Source of the DNA: Flavobacteriales bacterium
GTDB lineage: Bacteria; Bacteroidota; Bacteroidia; CAMBQF01
Assembly: GCA_031412115.1 (NCBI GenBank)
Contig: JANOCJ010000103.1
Location: 1 to 38,781 of the forward strand
Direction: 5' to 3'
DNA: 38,781 bases
The position numbers and the translations under genes were made by a program. Below the pieces are notes generated by a model. That model saw only the letters and a list, made by a program, of their open reading frames with translations, made no database searches and had not been told where the DNA came from. Each line of letters starts with the position of its first letter. Within the stretch, counting starts at the first letter, position 1. Below are positions 17,055-24,437 of this stretch, piece after piece.

Positions 17055-18077
17055 TTATTTTATGAGGAACTGGAAGTTATCAATATTCTTAAGTGCAATA
17101 CCGGTACCACGTGCTACGGCGCGTAGCGGGTCTTCAGCCACATGCACAGGCAGTTTGGTTCGCATAGATACGCGTTTGTCCAAACCACGCAGCAGCGAGC
17201 CACCACCGGCCATGTAAATACCTACGCGGTAAATATCAGCCGACAGTTCGGGCGGGGTCATTTCAAGGGCGCTCAAAATAGCGGCCTCAATTTTAGAGAT
17301 AGATTTATCAAGCGCGTGGGCAATCTCCGAGTACGAAACATAAATTTCCTTCGGAATACCCGTCATTAAGTCGCGGCCGTGCACGGCATAATCAGGTGGC
17401 GGATTGTCAATTTCGGTCATAGCTGCACCTACGTTAATTTTTATCTGCTCGGCAGAACGCTCACCAATTAAAATATTGTGCTGGCGGCGCATATATTCTT
17501 CAATATCAGCAGTAAACTCATCACCCGCAACGCGGATTGATTTATCGCAAACAATACCACCTAAGGCAATAACGGCAATTTCAGATGTACCACCGCCAAT
17601 GTCAATAATCATGTTACCCACAGGCTCGGTTACGTCAATACCCATACCAATAGCGGCTGCCATAGGTTCGTGTATCAGGTATACCTCTTTGGCCCCGGCA
17701 TGCTCAGCGCTGTCGCGTACGGCACGTTTCTCCACCTCGGTAATGCCCGATGGGATACAAATTACCATTTTCAACGACGGGCTAAACCACCTTTTGGTAG
17801 GGTTTATCATCTTTATCATGCCGCGAATCATGTGTTCGGCAGCGTGAAAGTCGGCAATAACCCCATCTTTTAACGGACGTATGGTTTTGATGTTCTCGTG
17901 GGTTTTGCCATGCATCTGCATCGCTTTTTTGCCCACAGCAATCACCTTGCCGCTGGTTCGGTCAACAGCCACAATAGATGGCTCGTCTACCACAACCTTG
18001 TCGTTATGTATAATGATCGTATTGGCGGTGCCAAGATCAATCGCAATTTCTTGCGTTAAAAAATCAAACATTCCCAT
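17055..18077 (-). CDS. mreB: actin-like rod shape-determining protein MreB
   Basis: IAIDLGTANT, DIGGGTSEIAV and GIYMAGGGSLLRGLD ATPase motifs. 340 aa. Confidence 0.96.
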   Translation of the reverse strand: MGMFDFLTQEIAIDLGTANTIIIHNDKVVVDEPSIVAVDRTSGKVIAVGKKAMQMHGKTHENIKTIRPLKDGVIADFHAAEHMIRGMIKMINPTKRWFSPSLKMVICIPSGITEVEKRAVRDSAEHAGAKEVYLIHEPMAAAIGMGIDVTEPVGNMIIDIGGGTSEIAVIALGGIVCDKSIRVAGDEFTADIEEYMRRQHNILIGERSAEQIKINVGAAMTEIDNPPPDYAVHGRDLMTGIPKEIYVSYSEIAHALDKSISKIEAAILSALEMTPPELSADIYRVGIYMAGGGSLLRGLDKRVSMRTKLPVHVAEDPLRAVARGTGIALKNIDNFQFLIK

Positions 18078-18114
18078 GTGCTACAACTGTAGTGTAACGT
18101 TAGTATATAACGTG

Positions 18115-18122
18115 CAAATATA
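18115..18122 (-). promoter_or_regulatory. candidate -7 promoter box for mreB (TATATTTG on the minus strand)
   Basis: TAnnTTTG match 38 nt upstream of the mreB ATG. Flanked by the inverted heptamers TAACGTG (18108..18114) and CACGTTA (18146..18152). Confidence 0.4.
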
Positions 18123-18209
18123 GGCACCTAAATTAATCGCAATTACACGTTAATAAAAATAACCTTAAACAATTTTATAATAATTATCAACGGGATTTCA
18201 ACCGTTGGC

Positions 18210-18237
18210 AGTGGCGAGTGGTAAGTGGCGAGTGGCG
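18210..18237 (+). repeat. 7-nt tandem tract (AGTGGCG AGTGGTA AGTGGCG AGTGGCG)
   Basis: Four consecutive heptamers, three of them identical, in the purH-mreB spacer. Confidence 0.85.
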
Positions 18238-18281
18238 AAATATTTTTTTGCGAAAAATTCTCTCAAAAAACAATTCATTTT

Positions 18282-18316
18282 CCCTCTCGGCTCTTCCCTC
18301 TCAACTCTCCGCTCTT
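18282..18316 (-). repeat. 7-nt-periodic tract, dispersed copy of the 11052 element
   Basis: The plus strand reads ccctctc ggctctt ccctctc aactctc cgctctt. Its reverse complement is 26/30 identical to 11052..11081 and, like that copy, is followed by AATGAA. It overlaps the purH stop codon (18315-18317). Confidence 0.85.
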
Positions 18317-19841
18317 AATGCTTAAAATGCCTGTTTCCGGTAAATACCATGGCCATATTGTTAGCGTTGCAATAATCAATGCTCAACTGGTCTTTAATAC
18401 TGCCACCGGGCTGTATTACGGTATTTACGCCCTCGTTGTGTGCAATCTCTACACAATCAGGAAACGGGAAAAATGCATCCGATGCCATAACAGCACCTTT
18501 TAAATCAAATCCAAAGGCGTTAGCCTTGGCAATAGCCTGTTTCAACGCATCAACGCGCGATGTTTGGCCTGTGCCACTGGCAATTAGCTGTTTGTTTTTG
18601 GCTAAAACTATGGTGTTAGATTTTGTATGCTTAACCAGTTTGTTGGCAAACAATAAATCTTCAACCTCTTGCGTCGTAGGGGCAATATTAGTTACCGTTG
18701 TTAAATCGGCAGCTACCTCTACTTTGCTGTCTACATCCTGCACCAATAAGCCGTTTAGCGATGTGCGCACTTGTTTGCTTGGGCGTGTAAACGGTTTAAG
18801 TTTTACTAAAATACGGTTCTTTTTGCTCTTTAAAATTTCCAGCGCCTTGTCGTCAAAGCCTGGAGCAATAAGTATTTCAAAAAATAATTTGTCCAGTTCT
18901 AAAGCCGTGGCTTCGTCAATAGTGGCATTGGTTGCCAACACCCCGCCAAATGCCGAAACCGGGTCGCCGGCAAGGGCATCATTGTAGGCTTGCAATACCG
19001 TTGGGCGCGATGCTAAACCACAAGCGTTGTTATGCTTGATGATGGCAAACGTAGTTTCGTCAAAATCTTTTATAAGCGATAAAGCTGCATCGGCGTCCAA
19101 CAAGTTGTTGTACGATAATTCTTTGCCGTGTAGTTTTTCAAACACCTCATTCAAATCGCCATAAAATGCGCCCTGTTGGTGTGGATTTTCGCCGTAACGC
19201 AAGGTTTCGCCGCCGTTGTGGCTTAGTTTGATAGAAGGTATTTCGTTGTTCTTGTTGAAGTAGTTAAAAATGGCACTGTCGTACCCCGATGAAACATTAA
19301 ACGCTTTGCCTGCGAATAACTTACGGTCTTCAATATCCGTTTCGCCGTTTTTCTCTTCTAAAATATCCAGCAAGGGTGTGTAATCAGCTTTCGAGGCAAT
19401 AATCACCACATCATTAAAATTCTTTGCTGCTGCGCGGATAAGCGAAATGCCGCCAATATCAATCTTTTCAATAATATCTTCTTCTGCAGCGCCCGATGCT
19501 ACGGTAGCCTCAAAAGGATACAAATCCACAATCACTAAATCAATTTCGGGTATCTCGTATTCGGCAATCTCTGCTACATCACCATTATTTTCGCGGCGGT
19601 TTAAAATCCCTCCAAATACTTTGGGGTGAAGCGTTTTAACCCTTCCACCCAGTATTGATGGATAGCCGGTTAAATCTTCAACTGCCGTAACGGGGATATT
19701 TAAGCCTTCAATAAACTGCTGCGTGCCGCCGGTAGAATAAAAGGTAACGCCATCGCTATGCAACTTTTTAATCAACGGTTCTAAACCATCTTTATAGTAA
19801 ACAGAAACCAGTGCGGTTTTAATTTTTTTGGATTGGGCCAT
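18315..19841 (-). CDS. purH: bifunctional AICAR transformylase / IMP cyclohydrolase PurH
   Basis: 508 aa. N-terminal MGS-like IMPCH domain (ALVSVYYKDGL..., GGRVKTLHP) and C-terminal AICARFT domain (IIKHNNACG, NTVIQPGGSIKD). Confidence 0.96.
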   Translation of the reverse strand: MAQSKKIKTALVSVYYKDGLEPLIKKLHSDGVTFYSTGGTQQFIEGLNIPVTAVEDLTGYPSILGGRVKTLHPKVFGGILNRRENNGDVAEIAEYEIPEIDLVIVDLYPFEATVASGAAEEDIIEKIDIGGISLIRAAAKNFNDVVIIASKADYTPLLDILEEKNGETDIEDRKLFAGKAFNVSSGYDSAIFNYFNKNNEIPSIKLSHNGGETLRYGENPHQQGAFYGDLNEVFEKLHGKELSYNNLLDADAALSLIKDFDETTFAIIKHNNACGLASRPTVLQAYNDALAGDPVSAFGGVLATNATIDEATALELDKLFFEILIAPGFDDKALEILKSKKNRILVKLKPFTRPSKQVRTSLNGLLVQDVDSKVEVAADLTTVTNIAPTTQEVEDLLFANKLVKHTKSNTIVLAKNKQLIASGTGQTSRVDALKQAIAKANAFGFDLKGAVMASDAFFPFPDCVEIAHNEGVNTVIQPGGSIKDQLSIDYCNANNMAMVFTGNRHFKH

Positions 19842-19925
19842 GAATGATTAGGGGAGAAAAATAAAGACGCGAATTTAGTTAAATAGCAGGTTGCCCTTAC
19901 GTGGAATGAAAAATAAATTTTACTA

Positions 19926-19955
19926 AAAATAAAAGTGAGTACTCACTTTTATTTT
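19926..19955. promoter_or_regulatory. 30-bp perfect palindrome, candidate TetR operator
   Basis: aaaataaaagtgagt|actcacttttatttt has 15-bp arms and no mismatch. It ends 1 nt before the -7 box and 30 nt before the tetR ATG. Confidence 0.6.
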
Positions 19956-19956
19956 A

Positions 19957-19964
19957 TACCTTTG
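19957..19964 (+). promoter_or_regulatory. candidate -7 promoter box (TACCTTTG)
   Basis: TAnnTTTG match 21 nt upstream of ATG 19985. Confidence 0.5.
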
Positions 19965-19984
19965 TGCTGTAAAATATTACAGTT

Positions 19985-20524
19985 ATGAGTAAAAAAGAAT
20001 TGGTACTAAACACCGCCCTCAACATGTTTGCCGAACAGGGCTATGATAACTCGGCTACCTTGGCTATTGCCAAAGCGGCGGGAGTGTCGGAAGGGTTGAT
20101 ATTTCGCCACTTTGGTAGCAAAGAGGGTTTGCTGAAAGCCATTATTGCCGAAGGCTTGGCGCAAGTGGGCGAAACGCTAAAATCTATGGCTGAGTTGAAG
20201 GAAGGTGATGATGCCATTGCCATACACCTAAAACTTACTGCCGAAGCCTTAAAACAAAACACGCGCTTTTGGCAATTAATACATACGTTGCGATTCAATG
20301 AAAAGGCAAAACTGTTGATGAAAGACGATGTAGAAAAATCGGAGGCGTTTATTACCGGCGTGTTGCAAAACTACTTTAAGCGTATGGGTTTGAAAAATCC
20401 TAAAGCCGAGGCACAGCTATACTTTGCCATGGTTGATGGTATTGCGTTGCACTACTTGGAAAATCCTGCAAAATATCCATTAACCGAAGTGTTTAACCAA
20501 CTAAAAACACATTACCATGAATAA
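19985..20524 (+). CDS. TetR/AcrR family transcriptional regulator
   Basis: N-terminal HTH (LNTALNMFAEQGYDNSATLAIAKAAGVSEGLIFRHFGSKEGLL) with an all-helical C-terminal domain. 179 aa. Confidence 0.9.
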   Translation: MSKKELVLNTALNMFAEQGYDNSATLAIAKAAGVSEGLIFRHFGSKEGLLKAIIAEGLAQVGETLKSMAELKEGDDAIAIHLKLTAEALKQNTRFWQLIHTLRFNEKAKLLMKDDVEKSEAFITGVLQNYFKRMGLKNPKAEAQLYFAMVDGIALHYLENPAKYPLTEVFNQLKTHYHE

Positions 20525-21386
20525 GCAAACACCGGCTTGGGTTGATGCTGAAATGTATCCCTTTGCCAATAAGTATATTAGTATTGATGGCCAAACAATG
20601 CATTATATAGATGAGGGCCAAGGCGATGTTATTTTGTTTGTGCACGGAACTCCGTCATGGTCGTTTGAGTGGAGGCACTTGATAAAAGCCCTTTCTGCTA
20701 ACCACCGCTGCATAGCACCCGACCATATTGGTTTTGGCTTATCTGAAAAACCACGGGATTATAATTATATTTCCCAACAACACGCAGAGAATTTAGCGGT
20801 ATTTATTGCTGCATTAGATTTAAAAGATATAACGCTGGTAGTGCATGATTTCGGTGGTCCTATCGGCTTAAACTATGCCGTAAAATACGCTGATAATATT
20901 AAGAAGTTAGTCATCCTCAACACCTGGATGTGGGATAGCCACACAATGCCCGGCTTTGAAAAGAGTGCTAAGATTTTAAAGAGCCCATTAATTCCCTTCT
21001 TATATAAGTATTTGAATTTCTCGGCTAAGTATGCAATACCCATTTCATTCGGCAATAAAAAATTGCTGACTAAAAGCATACATGCCATGTACACAAAACC
21101 CTTTGGCAGTGCAGCTGAAAGGATGGGCACATTGGGTTTTGTAAAATCGTTATTGAATGAGCAAGACTGGTTTGAAACATTGTGGCAACAGGTAGAAAAT
21201 ATCTGCAACAAGCCGACTCTATTTATTTGGGGGATGAAAGATGTGTTTTTAACCGAAAAGTACCTTGAGAAATTCGAGCATAAATTCAGCAATAAAAAAA
21301 CCTTGCAATTGCCTGATGCAGGGCATTTTCCGCAGGAGGAAGGAGTAGGGGAGATAGAGAAGGAAGTGGTTGAGTTCTTACAATAA
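20517..21386 (+). CDS. alpha/beta-fold hydrolase (haloalkane dehalogenase / epoxide hydrolase-like subfamily)
   Basis: HGTPSWSFEWR oxyanion region, VVHDFGGPIG nucleophile elbow with Asp, and C-terminal GHFPQEE His motif. Overlaps tetR by 8 nt. Confidence 0.88.
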   Translation: MNKQTPAWVDAEMYPFANKYISIDGQTMHYIDEGQGDVILFVHGTPSWSFEWRHLIKALSANHRCIAPDHIGFGLSEKPRDYNYISQQHAENLAVFIAALDLKDITLVVHDFGGPIGLNYAVKYADNIKKLVILNTWMWDSHTMPGFEKSAKILKSPLIPFLYKYLNFSAKYAIPISFGNKKLLTKSIHAMYTKPFGSAAERMGTLGFVKSLLNEQDWFETLWQQVENICNKPTLFIWGMKDVFLTEKYLEKFEHKFSNKKTLQLPDAGHFPQEEGVGEIEKEVVEFLQ

Positions 21387-21477
21387 TTGCCCAATAGTAC
21401 CCTCATTCCGACAAATCGTCCATTGATAACCAGAGTATAATGCAGGAAATTTGTATCCGAACATTAAATACTCGGAT

Positions 21478-22344
21478 ATGAAAAAGCACATACTTATTGG
21501 CCTGTTTGTTTTACTTGGAATAAGTGCCAACGCGCAACTACAAAACCTTGATTTTGAAAACTGGACACAAGATGTGGACGCTAACCGCCCGGATAATTGG
21601 GTAATAGGACAAGGTTTTGGGCAGTTTGGCATTTACCGCGATTCATTGCCACAAGCGGGTACTTTTGCTATGACACTTTCGCGCTGGTACTACTATACGT
21701 TTGACGATGCGGTGCAAACAGCCGCAGCTCCTATAAAACCGGTTGAATTGAAAGGCTTTTACCGATATACTGAAAATGACGTTCAGTATAATGGTGAAGA
21801 TGTGGTACAAGATACTGCCCATGTATATGTTTTTGCCAAAAAATGGAATTCGGTATCGCTGCAAAATGACACCATTGGCCGGGGCCATATTTTACTTACC
21901 AAGGCCGATTTTTGGACTGCATTTACCTGCCCGGTATACTATATAAGCAATGATATGCCTGATAGTGTCACCATCAGATTGGCGCCTACCGAGCGGTATC
22001 TTGATAGGCCCATGGGTATGTGTCCTAATACAAGTAGTGGCTACTGCTCGTACTTTACGGTAGATAATTTATCACTCTCGGAAACGGTGGGCTTAAATGA
22101 CACTAAAGCATCACAGTTTAGCATCTTTCCAAACCCTGCAAATGATAGGGCTTACATAGCAACGGCCTCTCAATCCAAAGCCATTCAATATACTATTATT
22201 GATGCTACAGGCCGCACTATTAAAAGCCAAACTAGCTATAGTATAGGCGAAGCTATTGATATTTCACGCTTACAAAATGGCATATATTTTTTGATAGTTA
22301 ATACCAATGGCACTACAACCGCGCAAAAAATAATTAAGCAATAG
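21478..22344 (+). CDS. secreted protein with a T9SS C-terminal sorting domain
   Basis: Start moved to ATG 21478 (MKKHILIGLFVLLGISANAQ signal peptide). C-terminus FSIFPNPANDRAYI...NGIYFLIVNTNG...QKIIKQ. Confidence 0.82.
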   Translation: MKKHILIGLFVLLGISANAQLQNLDFENWTQDVDANRPDNWVIGQGFGQFGIYRDSLPQAGTFAMTLSRWYYYTFDDAVQTAAAPIKPVELKGFYRYTENDVQYNGEDVVQDTAHVYVFAKKWNSVSLQNDTIGRGHILLTKADFWTAFTCPVYYISNDMPDSVTIRLAPTERYLDRPMGMCPNTSSGYCSYFTVDNLSLSETVGLNDTKASQFSIFPNPANDRAYIATASQSKAIQYTIIDATGRTIKSQTSYSIGEAIDISRLQNGIYFLIVNTNGTTTAQKIIKQ

Positions 22345-22372
22345 TTTTTTCATAAGTACCTGTTAGTAGTAT

Positions 22373-22420
22373 ACCCTATATTTGAGAGCAATTTCAACTA
22401 TAGGGTTTTTAATTTTTTTG
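22373..22420 (+). terminator. possible terminator (weak)
   Basis: 8-bp stem accctata / tatagggt with an 18-nt loop, followed by a T-rich run. The large loop makes this uncertain. Confidence 0.35.
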
Positions 22421-22422
22421 CT

Positions 22423-23262
22423 GTGAAGAAGATTATCCCCATACATAATTTTATAGACGAAGACACCAAAGGCCTTCCGGTACGCCATGTTCCGCTTAAT
22501 GTGCGAAACGACTATGATATTTCGACCCCCCACCGTCACAACTACTACGAAGTATTTTTCTTTACCAAAGGTGGCGGCCACCACTTTATTGATTTTGTTG
22601 AGCACCCCGTTGCCGATAACAGTGTACATATAGTATATCCGCAGCAAATACATGTGCTAAACCGAGAGCCCAGTTCACACGGTGCGGTAGTGCATTTTTC
22701 GCGCGATTTGTTTGGGGTAAATGCCGAAAACAGCATCGATGCTTTATTGAACAACAACCGCTTTTTACATATAGCGAATACTGCCAAACAACATGCAGAT
22801 TTGAATAACGTGTTGGAACAATTAAAAGCGGAATATAATAGTGATGATGCCAGTGGCGAAATACTAAAATCGTACTTAACTATTTTATTGCTGAAATGTG
22901 TAAAGCTGTTCGACTTGCAACACCCCGGCTGGCAAGAGAATGCATCGGGTACATATAATACTTTTAGGGCATTGGTTGAAGAAGGCTATCGCGAACAAAA
23001 GCAACCCTCATATTACGCCGAAAAACTAAAAATTACCGAGCGAAAATTGAATGAAGTTTGCAAAAATGCAACCGGCTTTACCGTTGGCGATTATATTAAT
23101 AACCGTGTAGTTTTAGAGGCTAAGCGCTTGCTGTGCAACTCGCCATTGACGGTAAAAGAAATTGCTTTTTATTTGGGCTTTAACGACCCTTCGTACTTCA
23201 ATCGCTTTTTTAAGCGCAATACTGAAGTTACCGCACTTGAGTTTAGGCAACAGAGCAATTAA
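22423..23262 (+). CDS. AraC family transcriptional regulator (cupin sensor domain plus HTH)
   Basis: The N-terminal cupin-like region has HRHNYYEVFFF. The C-terminal double HTH has KLKITERKLNEVCK...VKEIAFYLGFNDPSYFNRFFK. Apparent GTG start. Confidence 0.88.
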   Translation: MKKIIPIHNFIDEDTKGLPVRHVPLNVRNDYDISTPHRHNYYEVFFFTKGGGHHFIDFVEHPVADNSVHIVYPQQIHVLNREPSSHGAVVHFSRDLFGVNAENSIDALLNNNRFLHIANTAKQHADLNNVLEQLKAEYNSDDASGEILKSYLTILLLKCVKLFDLQHPGWQENASGTYNTFRALVEEGYREQKQPSYYAEKLKITERKLNEVCKNATGFTVGDYINNRVVLEAKRLLCNSPLTVKEIAFYLGFNDPSYFNRFFKRNTEVTALEFRQQSN

Positions 23263-23328
23263 AGAATGAAGAAATTAAAAAATGAAAGAATGAATTATTT
23301 AATTCTTTCGCTCTTTAATTTTTTAATT
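23262..23328. repeat. AATGAA-rich tract and its imperfect inverted partner between convergent araC-like and rnhA genes
   Basis: The left arm aagaatgaagaaattaaaaaatgaaagaatgaatt faces the right arm aattctttcgctctttaattttttaatt. It uses the same word set (AATGAA, CGCTCTT) as the tracts at 11052 and 18282. It could fold as a bidirectional terminator. Confidence 0.6.
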
Positions 23329-23333
23329 ATGCC

Positions 23334-23825
23334 CTACTTCTTCTTATAATCCTTCAAGCCAAACTTAGGCGGGCTTTGGCGTTCGTAGTATTCGTCGGTG
23401 TAAAAATTAGGCCCGTACGATGCCTTAACGGCTAGCTGGTCGCAGCGATTGTTCTCCACATTTTCGGCATGGCCTTTTACCCACACAAATTTTACTTTGT
23501 GGTTTTCCATCACCTTTAATAAGTACTGCCACAGGTCGGGGTTTTTAACATCTTTCCAGCTTTTGCGTACCCACCCTGCAATCCATTTTTTTTCAATAGC
23601 ATCTACCACATATTTAGAGTCGGAATAGATGGTAACTGTATGCCCCGGGTTTTTAATTTGCTCCAGCGCCATAATTACGCTAAGCAACTCCATGCGGTTG
23701 TTGGTGGTATAGCGATAGCCTGCGGCCAGCTCTTTACGGTGCTGCCCTGCCAGCATAACAATGCCGTAACCGCCCGGTCCGGGGTTGCCGCGTGCTGCGC
23801 CATCGGTATAAATGCTAATTTCCAT
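23334..23825 (-). CDS. rnhA: ribonuclease HI
   Basis: IYTDGAARGNPGPGGYG, NNRMEL, YSDSKYV and VKGHAENVENNRCDQLA carry the DEDD catalytic pattern of RNase H1. Confidence 0.93.
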   Translation of the reverse strand: MEISIYTDGAARGNPGPGGYGIVMLAGQHRKELAAGYRYTTNNRMELLSVIMALEQIKNPGHTVTIYSDSKYVVDAIEKKWIAGWVRKSWKDVKNPDLWQYLLKVMENHKVKFVWVKGHAENVENNRCDQLAVKASYGPNFYTDEYYERQSPPKFGLKDYKKK

Positions 23826-23836
23826 TGGTGCAAAGG

Positions 23837-23874
23837 TAATGAATAGCGGAGAGAGAAGCGAGGAGTGAGTAGCG
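23837..23874 (+). repeat. 7-nt-periodic purine-rich tract
   Basis: taatgaa tagcgga gagagaa gcgagga gtgagta gcg. It lies directly upstream of the rnhA start. Confidence 0.7.
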
Positions 23875-23969
23875 TTTGTTGGTAAAACAAGTTTGCCGCC
23901 CGGCTGTTTGTATAGCTAGAATCTATATCAACATAAAATAAATTGATGCTATATATATTAGCAGCATTG

Positions 23970-23977
23970 TACCTTTG
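23970..23977 (+). promoter_or_regulatory. candidate -7 promoter box (TACCTTTG)
   Basis: TAnnTTTG match 16 nt upstream of ATG 23993. Confidence 0.45.
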
Positions 23978-23992
23978 TAAAAAAATAAAATC

Positions 23993-24316
23993 ATGGCCGT
24001 ACAACTTTTAACCGACGCTGACTTTAGAGCCCAACTAACAGCCAACCCTAAAGTAGTAGTAAAATATTTTGCCGACTGGTGTGGCAACTGTAAACTGTTT
24101 GCCCCTAAGTTTCGCCGCATGAGCGATAACCCTGAGTTTGAAGGTGTTTTGTTTGTAGATGTAAATGCCGAGCAAAACCCCGAGGCACGTGGCTTAGCGG
24201 GGGTTGATAACCTTCCGTTTTTTGCCACCTTTAAAAATGGCGAGTTGGTTGCAGGCACAGCCACATCAAAAGAGGAGGTGGTAACCGAATTGCTAAATAC
24301 TTTGAAAGAGTATTAA
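23993..24316 (+). CDS. thioredoxin-family protein (WCGNC active site)
   Basis: 107 aa. KYFADWCGNCK active-site region in a thioredoxin-length protein. The dithiol motif is CGNC rather than the canonical CGPC. Confidence 0.88.
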   Translation: MAVQLLTDADFRAQLTANPKVVVKYFADWCGNCKLFAPKFRRMSDNPEFEGVLFVDVNAEQNPEARGLAGVDNLPFFATFKNGELVAGTATSKEEVVTELLNTLKEY

Positions 24317-24343
24317 TAATAAGTTATTAATAGAACATTTCTG

Positions 24344-24371
24344 AAAAGCCTTGATTTATCAAGGCTTTTTT
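24344..24371 (+). terminator. rho-independent terminator
   Basis: aaaa gccttga ttta tcaaggc tttttt has a perfect 7-bp stem extended by A/T pairs. It lies 28 nt after the trx stop. Confidence 0.8.
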
Positions 24372-24386
24372 CGTATACTTATATTC

Positions 24387-24394
24387 TACATTTG
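24387..24394 (+). promoter_or_regulatory. candidate -7 promoter box (TACATTTG)
   Basis: TAnnTTTG match 44 nt upstream of ATG 24438. Confidence 0.35.
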
Positions 24395-24437
24395 CATTGC
24401 CAAAACTATTATTAAGCGTTCTCTCATTCTTTATTAT

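Noticed and set aside
24351-24437. Upstream extensions of several ORF-track models. Besides this one they are 21451..21477, 32746..32820, 29300..29302 and 38287..38319.
   Set aside because: In each case an internal ATG gives a standard signal peptide or N-terminus. The extension either overlaps a terminator hairpin or promoter box, or uses a non-ATG codon.
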